In this document: piece by piece, positions 24,001 through 32,966 of the stretch
Layout of the letters: each line of letters opens with the position of its first letter
Position numbering within the stretch: the first letter of the stretch is position 1
Origin: Planctomycetota bacterium
Lineage (GTDB): Bacteria; Planctomycetota; GCA-002687715; CAIWVZ01
NCBI GenBank assembly: GCA_044222185.1
Contig: JBGANV010000001.1
Span: 1,440,001 to 1,504,000, forward strand
Direction: 5' to 3'
DNA length: 64,000 nucleotides
Program-made: the position numbers and the translations under genes
Notes under the pieces: generated by a model
Told to the model about the DNA's origin: nothing
Seen by the model: only the letters and a program-made list of their open reading frames with translations
The model's database searches: none

Positions 24001-27000
24001 CCTATCGCCGGGATCTCGGCGACAAGGGGTACGAAGTCTACGACCAAGCCGGCGCGCTCATCCAGGAGGTCGATCGGAACGGACGCACGACAACCTACTC
24101 TCGCGGACCAGACGAACGCATTTCGAGCATCACGGACCCGGCAGGCGGCGTGACTACGATTACGTACACCGGGGCTCTGGCAACGTCGATCACGGACGCA
24201 GCTGGCCGCAGCACGACGTTCACGTACGACGCACAGGGCAACCTGACGCGCATCACCGATGCCTCCGGCGGGCACTGGGATTACACGTACACGCAGCAAG
24301 GCTTGTTGAGCTCCAACTCGGACCCCGACGGCGTGCTCCATCGCCACGAATACGACGTTGCAGGGCGCTACCAGCGGTTCATCCACCCCGACGGCTCGTA
24401 CCAGTTGTTTCAACCGATCGAATCGGCGGGCCTCGCACTGGGATCGACGCCAGCGACGGCGGTCGTGCCACTTGCGCCGACCGCGGCCACAGCTCGGCAT
24501 TTCGATGAGCTCGGCCATTCCACGGTGCTCGTCCAGACGATCAGCGCCCCGGCCTCGGGTAGCCGCGGTGCGGTTCGCCTCGATACCATCGACGCCCTCC
24601 AACACACCACGAGCGTCGTTCGCGACTACGCGACGCTTCTGGTCCAGCGTGTGACTCGTCCAGACGGCACCGTCACGGCATTCACGACGGACTTCCTTCG
24701 GGGCATTCTCCTCTCGGTCGTACAAGAAGGAGACCCCGCAACCCCGACCGACGATCGTCGCACGAACTTTGGTTGGTACTCCGACAACTGGCTTCAGAGC
24801 GTCACGTCGGCGGTCGGCACCCCGCTGCAACGCACGACGACGATCGCTCGAGATGTGAACGGCAACCCGACCGCCGTGATAGACGCGCTGAATCATGGAC
24901 CAACCGCCCAGTACAGCTCCGACGGGACGTTGCTTCAGACCGCTGACGCGACCGGGGTGACCACGCTGATCACGCGCGATCCGGCGACGCGCAATGTGCT
25001 CTCGTATTCCGTGAATGGACGGAACACGGTTCATTCTTACGACCCTGCAGGCAACGTGACGGCAACGACTTTCCCAGACGGTGCCGCGACACACTACACG
25101 TGGGACCCGATGGGCCGCTTGCTCAGCGTGACGGACCCTCTCGCGAACGCCACGACGAACACTCACACGCCTGCCGGTCGTCTCACAACCGTGACCAATC
25201 CGCGCTCGGCCCAGGTCACGAGGTCCTACGACTCCGACGGCAAGCTCGCCTCCACGACGGACCCTCTCGGGCGCGCGGAGACCTACGCCTACCTGCCGAA
25301 TGGGCTCCTCCAGGCTCATACCGACCGGAACGGGACGACGACGACCTACTCATACGACGCGACAGGGAACCTCACCTCGATCACCGATCCGCAGCAGCAA
25401 GCCGTGTTCACCTACGACTCCGTCGGACGCGTGACGGCGGCGGTCAACCCGACGGCCGCCGTGGCACTAGCGTACTCACGATTCGACGAGCTCGTCCTCG
25501 AGTCGACCGTGGCGAGCGGCGCCATCCATAGCGTAGTGAGTTCCTACGATGCACTGGGGCAACGCACGCAGCGATCGAGCAGTCTGGGATCGAGCGTCAT
25601 CTGTTCGACCGCCTACGCCTATGACGCCGCGGGGCGCCCGGCGTCCATCCAGGAATCCGTGAGCGATCCGATGTTGCCCGCCACGACCTCCGCCTTCACG
25701 TTCCTCCACGACGCTGCGGGTCGGCGACTTCAGACGTTGGCGTCGGGCGGCGTCGAGACCGACTACAGCTACGACGCGGATGGGTACACGGCCTCGGCCA
25801 CGACTCGGCTGAACGGCATCCCAACGGCCGTGGACGTGCTCGGGTACAACCTCCGCAAGGACGTCCTCTCGATTCTCGAGACACGGACGCTCCTCCCACC
25901 CAACGCCACGCAATATCAGTACGACGCGGCCAGGAGGTTGACGTCGGAGGTACCGACAGCGCCCGGCCTGTCTGCCCTCGCCTACGCGCCCTACGACGGC
26001 GCCGGCAACCGCCGGATCAACACGCACACATACGACCTTGCCGACGAGCTCCTCTTCGACGGGACGTTCTACTACGACTACGACCCCGAAGGCGCCGTGA
26101 TCGCCCGGCGGCCCGGGCCCGCTCCCCTACCGCGGCGCACGTTCACGTCCGATCCCCAGGGTCGACTCGTGAGCGTTACAGACCTCAGCGGTATTGGTGC
26201 ACCCACGACGCTTGCGACCTTCGGATACGACGCATTCGGCCGGCGAGTCTCGCGTGACGCGGTTCGCTACTGGTACGACCGCGAGGACGTGATCCTCGCC
26301 GTCGACGGGCAAGCCCAGCACACCGCCATGACCCATGGCCCCGGGATCGATGAGCCTCTCGCCACCGTCGATGCGAACGGACGCCTACTGCTCGTGCACG
26401 ACGCTTTGGGCAGCGTGATCCAAGGCATTCGCAACGGCACCATCGTCGGTGAGCACCGCTACGACGCCTTTGGGAATCGGCTTACATCGACCGGCGCGCT
26501 TTGCCCGGCTGCGCTGGATTACGGGTATAGGTCCCGGGAGTTCGATGGTGTCACGGAACTGCAGTTCAACCGGGCTCGATATCTCGACGCAGGGCTTGCT
26601 CGGTTCCTGCGGCGGGAGCCACTGGAGATCCGGTTCCTTGGAGGCCGGCGACCCGCCTTCGCGGCGCGCTATGCGTACGCATTAAATTGTCCCACACACT
26701 ATTTCGACCCGACCGGACTCTTTCCGAGCCTCGGTGGAGCTGGATTCCCTGCTGTCGCCCCAAATGATGAGCCGCTGTTTCCGCCTCGAACTCCGGATTA
26801 TCCGACGCCGGAGGAGCTCATTGGTGGCCTGGTCGACTCTGCGATATGCGGGGCGGTGACGTCGGCCTGTGAGACAGCATTGGGGGCTGCGCTCCCCTTT
26901 GAGGGCCCGATAGTGGAATTGGCAACTGAGACTGGATGCGACGATGCCGCCAAGAGGCTGTGCGACGCATGCAAGAGGGTCGACGCCTACAAGCGGAAGT

Positions 27001-27029
27001 TCCCAAAGCTGTATCCGCCCGAACAGTAG
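21042..27029 (+). CDS. Secreted teneurin-like YD/RHS-repeat protein with PA14-like insert and Cys-rich C-terminal tip
   Basis: Signal peptide ..ALCAAATGQ; carboxypeptidase-regulatory-like domain (VRGYLLD..PIVGASI..TDNQGQYTI); PA14-like FGALLEGYL..FADDAFQLEVNG; many YD repeats (TYDAQGNLTRITD). RHS core YDAFG..RARY..YAYALNCPTHYFDPTGL. Confidence 0.92.
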   Translation: MTNMRDSNQSASVLRRPLPLTHAISLRALLLASALCAAATGQITTENAPSGNLQALTMSGSMIVGDTITARVAAPAGSFVILGVSSAPGDLDTGSGHILLDLAQVVPLTFLGFAGSDNQFTVTATVPPGLAVGATAYLQGAICQNCSPSAPSLQFTNRAICRYQGALDISVLSPAAGVLPTQTVVLHEAHVSVVVAYDEGADPATLMVLLTGPGQNATPLQNGMTRSAAGASGQTPPLVSGTYTITASIAAAGGALTTATIRNFEVALPSTTGPTIVRGYLLDPVGPTPIVGASIFFDEGGSTVLTDNQGQYTILDAPIGVGVHINFDPTSAGSGNLGPGEYYPVYKRPISVVEGALNTPDPCYLPKITPLAGFGALDQQGIFSCAQKRFLQAYTVENTQLGVRLHIPAGTHVTFLNDANPCTQQLSIAPVDRDHAPSNLPADLRPALLITVQPTGMRFWVTPPSGTNPGTPQRLPIDFPNTDDLALANEMDLFSVDHETGQFAVMGRMRATHLRNDPQFPLGLIETIPGTGGLQGGSWHCTCPPAPVAPPPPPSCGDACCDGTCMCPNPEVSLRNGFINETFHLPKRRIFDTPWGPDLSYNSQRLASNLVVRLNVTIPQVNAVPPLVSLTAMLDGMPNGGEAWFDTHGLNEAVDETRVMSFAFNTTGLASGPHAYDISVNSHYGQAKVTAHVKGLLYVAQQEQCRFGRGWALTTDRQLFGGPSTTELTLLDGNGRRHDLKDEVLLTDPGLSVRMFADTSVTAMQSFYASSAPSSFTVLRAGQPPSVVTETTVPLPKFWNATGPNLLNLGADGLLDPATSQASPHGDDIILQAPNNQDAFGALLEGYLVIRQAGPVSFAVFADDAFQLEVNGPGVDGIQATLTGSNTSGFVVTPPVTLPAGPVRFRLAYVDHGGNSHLWVVATGGGLPGGVINDPLTYTSSGSSGGCSTPNCAALFSGGIGSSPVVVGRFRGTNGDFTTLARQPQGTYRRDLGDKGYEVYDQAGALIQEVDRNGRTTTYSRGPDERISSITDPAGGVTTITYTGALATSITDAAGRSTTFTYDAQGNLTRITDASGGHWDYTYTQQGLLSSNSDPDGVLHRHEYDVAGRYQRFIHPDGSYQLFQPIESAGLALGSTPATAVVPLAPTAATARHFDELGHSTVLVQTISAPASGSRGAVRLDTIDALQHTTSVVRDYATLLVQRVTRPDGTVTAFTTDFLRGILLSVVQEGDPATPTDDRRTNFGWYSDNWLQSVTSAVGTPLQRTTTIARDVNGNPTAVIDALNHGPTAQYSSDGTLLQTADATGVTTLITRDPATRNVLSYSVNGRNTVHSYDPAGNVTATTFPDGAATHYTWDPMGRLLSVTDPLANATTNTHTPAGRLTTVTNPRSAQVTRSYDSDGKLASTTDPLGRAETYAYLPNGLLQAHTDRNGTTTTYSYDATGNLTSITDPQQQAVFTYDSVGRVTAAVNPTAAVALAYSRFDELVLESTVASGAIHSVVSSYDALGQRTQRSSSLGSSVICSTAYAYDAAGRPASIQESVSDPMLPATTSAFTFLHDAAGRRLQTLASGGVETDYSYDADGYTASATTRLNGIPTAVDVLGYNLRKDVLSILETRTLLPPNATQYQYDAARRLTSEVPTAPGLSALAYAPYDGAGNRRINTHTYDLADELLFDGTFYYDYDPEGAVIARRPGPAPLPRRTFTSDPQGRLVSVTDLSGIGAPTTLATFGYDAFGRRVSRDAVRYWYDREDVILAVDGQAQHTAMTHGPGIDEPLATVDANGRLLLVHDALGSVIQGIRNGTIVGEHRYDAFGNRLTSTGALCPAALDYGYRSREFDGVTELQFNRARYLDAGLARFLRREPLEIRFLGGRRPAFAARYAYALNCPTHYFDPTGLFPSLGGAGFPAVAPNDEPLFPPRTPDYPTPEELIGGLVDSAICGAVTSACETALGAALPFEGPIVELATETGCDDAAKRLCDACKRVDAYKRKFPKLYPPEQ

Positions 27030-27144
27030 GCACTCTGTAGAATGTGTACGTCCGACGCAGATCCTTCGAAGCGTCCCTCTCTAACCGCACGCAGTAGGCG
27101 CCTCGGTCTTGACGGGGCCCAGGGTTGCCGGACGAAACGCGGCG

Positions 27145-27912
27145 CTACCCCGCCGCATCCCGCAGGTGCGCGAGGAGGATGGCGACGGCGGCGGCGACGT
27201 TGAGGGATTCGAAGCCCGATTCGAGCGGGATCCGCACGCGCGTGCAGCGGCCGTCGTTCGGGGACACACGCGTGCCGCCGCCTTCGTTGGAGGCGACGAG
27301 GACCCACTTGGGTGGCGCCACGAGGTCGCCGAACAAGACACCTTCGTGCGGATCGAGGACGAGAACGGTGTGGCCCGTGGAGGCCGTGGCAGTGAAGAGC
27401 GCCTCGACGTCGAGCGATTGAGCGTAGGGCAGCCAGAGGAGCGCTCCGGCCGAGCTGCGAAGGGTTTTCGGTGCGGTGGGGTCGGCCGTACCTGGTGAAA
27501 GCAGCAGGGCGCCCGCTCCGAGGGCCGCGGAGGTTCGGGCGATCGTGCCGACGTTTCCAGGGTCCTGAACGGCTTCCAGGTACACGATGCGCGAGTGATC
27601 TCGCAGGATGTCGGAGGGCGTTCGAGGCCCGTTCCAATCGGCCAGCGCCGCGACGCCGTCGGGAGTCTTGACGTCCACGAGCCGCTGGATGTCCGCCGCC
27701 GAGACCTCCGTCACGGGAATGGCGCCGGCGGCGGCACGAACCCCCGCGACGTCCGAGAAGCTCGGCGCCACGAAGATCTCGCGGACCACTCCCCGATCGA
27801 GCCCCTCGGCCACCAGGTGCCGCCCTTCGAGGAGCATCTGCTTCGTCGCCGCCCGCTCCTCGGCCCTTGCCAGGCCAGCGAGCGTCTTGATCCGTGCCTT
27901 GGAGATCGTCAT
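27145..27912 (-). CDS. TrmH/SpoU family RNA methyltransferase
   Basis: LLEGRHLV, VQDPGNVGTIAR, SNEGGG, ESLNVAAA. Start MTISKARIK. Confidence 0.92.
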   Translation of the reverse strand: MTISKARIKTLAGLARAEERAATKQMLLEGRHLVAEGLDRGVVREIFVAPSFSDVAGVRAAAGAIPVTEVSAADIQRLVDVKTPDGVAALADWNGPRTPSDILRDHSRIVYLEAVQDPGNVGTIARTSAALGAGALLLSPGTADPTAPKTLRSSAGALLWLPYAQSLDVEALFTATASTGHTVLVLDPHEGVLFGDLVAPPKWVLVASNEGGGTRVSPNDGRCTRVRIPLESGFESLNVAAAVAILLAHLRDAAG

Positions 27913-27969
27913 GGAAGGTGGCGATCGTACCGCTCGCGCTACGATCCGCACCACCGGGTTCCATCCCCC

Positions 27970-28959
27970 ATGTCGCTGAAGGACTTGAGCAAGCCGGTCG
28001 AGGAGATCCATCACGTCGTCACGGGCGACGAGGATGGTTTCCGCCTCGATCACGTCGTCTGCAGCCACATCACCTGGCGATCTCGAAACGACATCCAGCT
28101 CCGGATCCGGCAGGGCACGATCTTGGTGAACGGTCAGCGATCGAAGGCCGCGGCACGGGTGCGCGACGGCGACGTCATCACGGTCAAGGTGGAGCCGCCC
28201 GCGGGAGCCAAGGTGGACCCTGAGGCGATCCCGCTCGTGATCCTCCACGAGGAGCGACTGTTCCTCGTGCTCGACAAGCCGGCTGGTGCCGTGATCCACC
28301 CCGTCGGGCAGTACGTCCTCAACACGCTGATGAACGTGCTCCATGCGCACTATCGGCGCCCGGAGAGTCCGGAGCAGGATGTCGTCCCCATGGTCGTTCA
28401 TCGGCTCGACAAGGACACGTCGGGTGTGCTGCTCGTGGCGAAGGACGAGGTGGCGCGCAAGAAGCTCGGCGCGGCATTCGAAGGGCGCGACGTCGAGAAG
28501 GAGTACCTCGCGCTCGTTCACGGGATCGTCGAGAAGGACCACGACGTCGACCTGCCGATCGGTCCCGATCCCTCGGGCACGAACAAGACGAAGATGGCGT
28601 GCGTCCCGGACGGTCGCCCGTCACGGACGGCGGTCCGCGTCGTCGAGACATTCGAGCGCGCGACACTCGTTCGGTGCATCCCGCTGACGGGGCGTCAGCA
28701 CCAGATTCGCGTGCACCTCGCGTCCGTCGGGCATCCGATCCTCGCCGACGCCCTCTACAGCTCCGCCGCGGAAGTCCGCGCTGGCGCGTTGGGAGTCCAG
28801 GACGTCCCGCCGGAGACGGTGGTGCTCGCGCGGCAGGCGCTTCACGCCGCCAGACTCGTCGTCCCGCACCCCGTCACCGGCGCGCGGTCGACGTTCGAAT
28901 CGCCGCTGGCGGCGGATCTCGCCGCGCTCTGTCTGCGACTTCGCGCGCGAGGGGCGTGA
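27970..28959 (+). CDS. RluA/RluD family pseudouridine synthase with S4 domain
   Basis: RLDHVV..SRNDIQ (S4), LDKPAG, VHRLDKDTSG, TGRQHQIRVH, RQALHA. Confidence 0.93.
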   Translation: MSLKDLSKPVEEIHHVVTGDEDGFRLDHVVCSHITWRSRNDIQLRIRQGTILVNGQRSKAAARVRDGDVITVKVEPPAGAKVDPEAIPLVILHEERLFLVLDKPAGAVIHPVGQYVLNTLMNVLHAHYRRPESPEQDVVPMVVHRLDKDTSGVLLVAKDEVARKKLGAAFEGRDVEKEYLALVHGIVEKDHDVDLPIGPDPSGTNKTKMACVPDGRPSRTAVRVVETFERATLVRCIPLTGRQHQIRVHLASVGHPILADALYSSAAEVRAGALGVQDVPPETVVLARQALHAARLVVPHPVTGARSTFESPLAADLAALCLRLRARGA

Positions 28960-28970
28960 GCCCGCCGCGA

Positions 28971-30419
28971 TCAGTCGATCTTCACGCCCATTCCCTTCAA
29001 GATCTGCTCGACGTTGGTGTCGCCTTCCGTGTAGCCGGAGACGACGCCCGCGATCTTTCCGTCCTTGCCGATGATGAACGTGGCCGGGATTCCCGTCACG
29101 TTGTAGAGCTTCCGCGAGATCGTGTTGCCGTTGGGATCGCGACCTGCCGGATCACGGGCGAGGATGAACTTGTATTCCGCGCCCTTCCCCGTGGCGAACG
29201 CCTCGAAGGGCGCTGCGTCGTCCGACGTGTTCATGGCGATGACGGCGACGTCCTGACCTTCGACGGCTTCCGCGATCTTCGACAAGTGCGGAATGCCCTT
29301 CATGCACGGCCCGCACCACGTGGCCCACATGTCGAGGACGACGATCTTCTTGCCGCGGAAATCCGACAGCTTGAACCGGTTCGTGGTGTCGAGCTTCGTC
29401 TGCCCCTTCTTCCAACCCAGCACCTCGAAGTCGGGCGCCTCGACGCCGACGGCGAGCATCTCCACCTTCTCGACGTTGGGGCGCGGCACGCGAACGACCT
29501 TCATCGTGGGCGTCATCTTCAACGAGGATCCATCATCCGAGATCGTCGCGAGGTAGTTCAGGTCACCGAAGGGGAACGTCCCGCGCACGTCGAACTGGTC
29601 GCCGTCGAGCATGAGCCACACTGGCCGCGTCATCGCTTCACCGACGACGATCGGCTTGCTCGAGTCGAAGAGTTTGCTGAACAGCCCGTCCGAGTCGCTC
29701 TCGGTGAGCGTGACGTCGTAGTTCTTGCCGGCGATCGAGATGGTCCCGACGCGCGCCGATGCGGCGTAGTAGCCGATCATCGAGCGACCCGCCTGCCAGT
29801 AGAAGTTCAACGCGTACTCGCCGACCTTGTTCGAGCCGTCGGGCTGTTTCCAACCCGGTTTGAAAACCCACGTACCCGAGAGGCTCGGCGCGCCGCCGTC
29901 CTTCCCCTCCGTCTTCTTCTCCCAGGCTCCGGTGCCATCGTTCGTCAGATCGCCGTCGCCGTTCAGGTCGAGGTAGAGGCGCGCGTCCTTTCCCTCGGCC
30001 TCGTCGGACGCGATGACGAAGCGATTCGGAGTACCGTTGCCGATCTTCACGACGGCGTACTGAGGCTTGCCCTGGTAGGAGGGCTCCTTCGTGACTGCCT
30101 CCGGCTTGTCCGCGCCGAGCTTGGCGCTCGATGGCATGTACATGCGGTTGTGCTTCTTCGTCCCCTCGAAGTCGAACTTGCGCAGGTCCATGGTGAGTGT
30201 CGCCTCGGCCGCACCCTGCTCGGGGTCGATGGGCGCGCGGCTCGGCCTCGCCTTCCCCGCGGGCGCCATGCCTCCCATGCTCACCGCCGGCACGGAGCGA
30301 GGCCGGGATTCGGCCGGGGTCGCAGGCTTTCCCGGCTGCTGCGCCGTCGCAATCGACGGCAACGCCCATGCGAAGACGAACAGGAGAATCGAGCGGCGAC
30401 AAAGGGGAAGACGAGACAT
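28971..30419 (-). CDS. Exported TlpA/ResA-family thiol-disulfide oxidoreductase with long N-terminal extension
   Basis: Signal peptide ..PSIATAQ; LSDFRGKKIVVLDMWATWCGPC; cis-Pro loop GIPATFIIGKDG; DLNGDGD Ca-binding-like loop. Confidence 0.88.
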   Translation of the reverse strand: MSRLPLCRRSILLFVFAWALPSIATAQQPGKPATPAESRPRSVPAVSMGGMAPAGKARPSRAPIDPEQGAAEATLTMDLRKFDFEGTKKHNRMYMPSSAKLGADKPEAVTKEPSYQGKPQYAVVKIGNGTPNRFVIASDEAEGKDARLYLDLNGDGDLTNDGTGAWEKKTEGKDGGAPSLSGTWVFKPGWKQPDGSNKVGEYALNFYWQAGRSMIGYYAASARVGTISIAGKNYDVTLTESDSDGLFSKLFDSSKPIVVGEAMTRPVWLMLDGDQFDVRGTFPFGDLNYLATISDDGSSLKMTPTMKVVRVPRPNVEKVEMLAVGVEAPDFEVLGWKKGQTKLDTTNRFKLSDFRGKKIVVLDMWATWCGPCMKGIPHLSKIAEAVEGQDVAVIAMNTSDDAAPFEAFATGKGAEYKFILARDPAGRDPNGNTISRKLYNVTGIPATFIIGKDGKIAGVVSGYTEGDTNVEQILKGMGVKID

Positions 30420-30565
30420 GGCAGGAACCTCACGACGTTCACGTCGCAGAATCGAGCGACCGCGACCGGCGATCGAACGCGACGAACGGGCCAGGAATCG
30501 AACGACGAACGAGCCGAGAGCTTACGCGAGCGCCGGTCGCGCAGGTAGCCGCGCGGGGGCCGAAG

Positions 30566-30937
30566 CGGAGCGCCAGTCCTCCGCCGCCTCGGCGGGGACT
30601 GGCAGGATCGCCGCGCGTCCCCCGCGGTCCAACCGGCGTCGATCATCGACGCGATTCGAGATCACCAACGCGCGTCTGATCATCGAAAGCCCCGCGGCAC
30701 GCCGACGTCGGCCGGACCGGTCGTCCTCGCTATCGCTGCGGTCGACCGGCGATCCTGCCGCTCGTCCTCACTCGCGCATCGCGCTCGCTGCGGTCGAGCG
30801 GCGCTCCGACACCGCCTCCGCCGACCGGTGCGCCCCGGAGCGCCAGTCCTCCGCCGTCTCGGCGGGGACTGGCCGGATCGCAGCGCGTCCCGCGCGGTCC
30901 AACCGGCGTCGATCGCCGACGCGCTCCAGATCACCAA
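30566..30937. repeat. Two ~102 bp imperfect direct repeats containing palindromes (REP/BIME-like)
   Basis: Copies at 30566-30668 and 30836-30937. Each has GCCAGTCCTCCGCCG-nnn-CGGCGGGGACTGGC and a GCGTCG..CGACGC hairpin. Confidence 0.85.
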
Positions 30938-31635
30938 TCGATCGGAACGACGATCTCACTCATCTCCGACAGGTCCGATTCTGGCCCCGTCACGACGACG
31001 ATGGCATCGCGCTCTCGCCGGCTGCGCACGTCGACGCGGTAGTCGGACCATTCGAGCCACTGGTACCCGATCGCGCCGGCGACCGTTCGCCGCCGGTACA
31101 CGCACGTCCCCGTGTGCGGCGTGAAGTCTCCGCCGACCTCCCACGTGTCGATCACGATCGACCGTTGGTTGCCGAGGTCGAAGACCTGCAACGTCTCCCG
31201 CGGCGGACGGTTTTCGACGAGGGCATGCTCGATGCGGGATCTGTCCCCCACCGTGCAGCAGCACGCGACGACGATGAGACACGCAGTCAGTTTCGAAAAC
31301 CACCCCGGTGTCGCGCTCCAAAACCACCGATCGGCACGCGTCGCCCGCACGACCGCCACCGCAAGAAGGGTCCAGACCGCGGCGAACGACGTCAGCAGGA
31401 GGCACGCCCGAGCCCGCGGCGTCACGACCTCGACGGGAACGTCGAACTGCGTTGCGAGGTACGTGAAGGCCGTGGCGAAGAAGGCGGCGTGGCCCGCTCG
31501 TCCCCACGGCCGGAACGACGATCGAGGCACACGCGGCGGCGGCGCCGGCGGCTCCGTCGCATCGAACCCGACGCGCGGATCGAACGGGACCACGCGAACC
31601 GGCCCTCGAGGCGGTTCCGAACCGGCCTCACTCAT
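30931..31635 (-). CDS. Hypothetical membrane protein
   Basis: 234-aa ORF with about 3 hydrophobic segments; ATGA overlap with the upstream gamma-CA gene. Confidence 0.6.
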   Translation of the reverse strand: MSEAGSEPPRGPVRVVPFDPRVGFDATEPPAPPPRVPRSSFRPWGRAGHAAFFATAFTYLATQFDVPVEVVTPRARACLLLTSFAAVWTLLAVAVVRATRADRWFWSATPGWFSKLTACLIVVACCCTVGDRSRIEHALVENRPPRETLQVFDLGNQRSIVIDTWEVGGDFTPHTGTCVYRRRTVAGAIGYQWLEWSDYRVDVRSRRERDAIVVVTGPESDLSEMSEIVVPIDW

Positions 31636-32123
31636 CGCACGTGCCGGCGCGCCAGCTGTAGATAGCGCTCGACGTTCTCCCGCAGGTCCGCCAGTTCAGC
31701 ATCCGTGACCTGGCGGATCACCTTGCCGGGCGAACCGACGACGAGCGATCGCGGCGGGATCACCTTCCCGAGCGTCACGAGCGCGCCCGCGGCGACGATG
31801 GACTCGGCGCCGATGTGCGCGCCCGGGAGGAGGATCGCCCCGATCCCGATGAGGCATCGATCTTCCACCGTTCGACAGTGCACGACGGCGTTGTGGCCGA
31901 TGGTGACGTCGGCGCCGATCTCCACGTCCTGATCGTGCTGCGGGTGGATCATGGTCAGATCCTGCACGTTGGTGCGAGGGCCGATCCGGATCTTCGCCAC
32001 GTCACCCCGCACGATCGTGTTGAACCAGATCGAGGCTTCGGCTGCGACGGTGACGTCACCGAGAATCGTGCAGTTGTCGGCGAAGTAGGCGCCGTCCTTC
32101 TCGATCAGGTGCGGAATCCGCAT
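31632..32123 (-). CDS. Gamma-carbonic anhydrase family (hexapeptide repeat) protein
   Basis: ILGDVTV, VRGDVAKIRIG, NVQDLTMIH, VTIGHNAVVH, IPPRSLVVGSPGK. Confidence 0.92.
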   Translation of the reverse strand: MRIPHLIEKDGAYFADNCTILGDVTVAAEASIWFNTIVRGDVAKIRIGPRTNVQDLTMIHPQHDQDVEIGADVTIGHNAVVHCRTVEDRCLIGIGAILLPGAHIGAESIVAAGALVTLGKVIPPRSLVVGSPGKVIRQVTDAELADLRENVERYLQLARRHVR

Positions 32124-32147
32124 GAGGTGAGCCGTCCTTTGGAGCCG

Positions 32148-32966
32148 TCAGGTATCGAGCGAAGCGAGCCAGCGCCTGCCGACCGTCTCCCATGCGATCA
32201 CGACGAGGTTGTGGAGCCCGTGAACGAGGATCACGAGCCGCAACGAACCAGAGCGTGCGTAGAGCCAGCCGAGAAACACGGCCAGGGTGAAGACGGGCAG
32301 GAGCGTGAACCACTCGTGGAGCAGCGAGAACGCCGCCGAGGCCACCCCGATCGCGAGGAAACGAGCCGACGCGGCATCGCGCGACCGAGCGAAGATCGCC
32401 TCGAGGCCGTTCTGCATCATCCCGCGAAAGAGAGTCTCCTCGTAGATCGGAACTGCGATCACCACGGTCGCGACGAGCACCCAGAACTGGGGAGTCCCCG
32501 GCGCGGAGAGCAACTCGGAGAGCGGCTGCTGAACGGCGTCGGTGCCCTCGGGCAGGGAGCGTTGGTTCACCCAGTGAACGGCAACCACGATCGGGAGGAA
32601 CGACGCATAGGCGAGCGCCGCCAGCCCGGCCGTGCGAGCGAGCGGCGGCGCGCGAAGCCCGAGCGAATCACGCCCCGGCGTCAGCTGTCGGACGAAGGCG
32701 ACGAGGAACGCGGCGGCGATCACGTGCGTGACGAGTTTCGACGCCGACCAGCCGACGCCTCCGACCGGCCGCGCCATGGCCCAATCCAACACCGCGAACA
32801 CGAAGAACCCCAGGACCGCCCCCAGGATGACGCGGGCCCCCTGCGAGTCGGTGAAGCCCGTCGCCTCCAGGCGCGGACCGACGAGGCGCCGGAGGGCGAT
32901 GAACCCCGCGACCATGACGGCGACGCCGACGAAGCATCCCGCGAGGACGACCCGGTCCACCGTCAT
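32148..32966 (-). CDS. CPBP (CAAX/Abi) intramembrane glutamic endopeptidase
   Basis: [20 protein letters not shown] motifs; multi-TM; ATGA overlap with thiG. Confidence 0.9.
   Translation of the reverse strand: MTVDRVVLAGCFVGVAVMVAGFIALRRLVGPRLEATGFTDSQGARVILGAVLGFFVFAVLDWAMARPVGGVGWSASKLVTHVIAAAFLVAFVRQLTPGRDSLGLRAPPLARTAGLAALAYASFLPIVVAVHWVNQRSLPEGTDAVQQPLSELLSAPGTPQFWVLVATVVIAVPIYEETLFRGMMQNGLEAIFARSRDAASARFLAIGVASAAFSLLHEWFTLLPVFTLAVFLGWLYARSGSLRLVILVHGLHNLVVIAWETVGRRWLASLDT

Noticed and set aside
27030-27498. Possible RHS immunity gene (ORFs 27109-27498, 27125-27421)
   Set aside because: Both lie almost wholly antisense to the TrmH gene and look like shadow ORFs.
30566-30937. CRISPR array interpretation of the palindromic repeats
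   Set aside because: Only two ~100-nt units with a ~170-nt gap, and no cas genes.
32148-32966. CPBP/Abi protease as phage-defence or bacteriocin-immunity gene
   Set aside because: Housekeeping context with no bacteriocin or defence neighbours.
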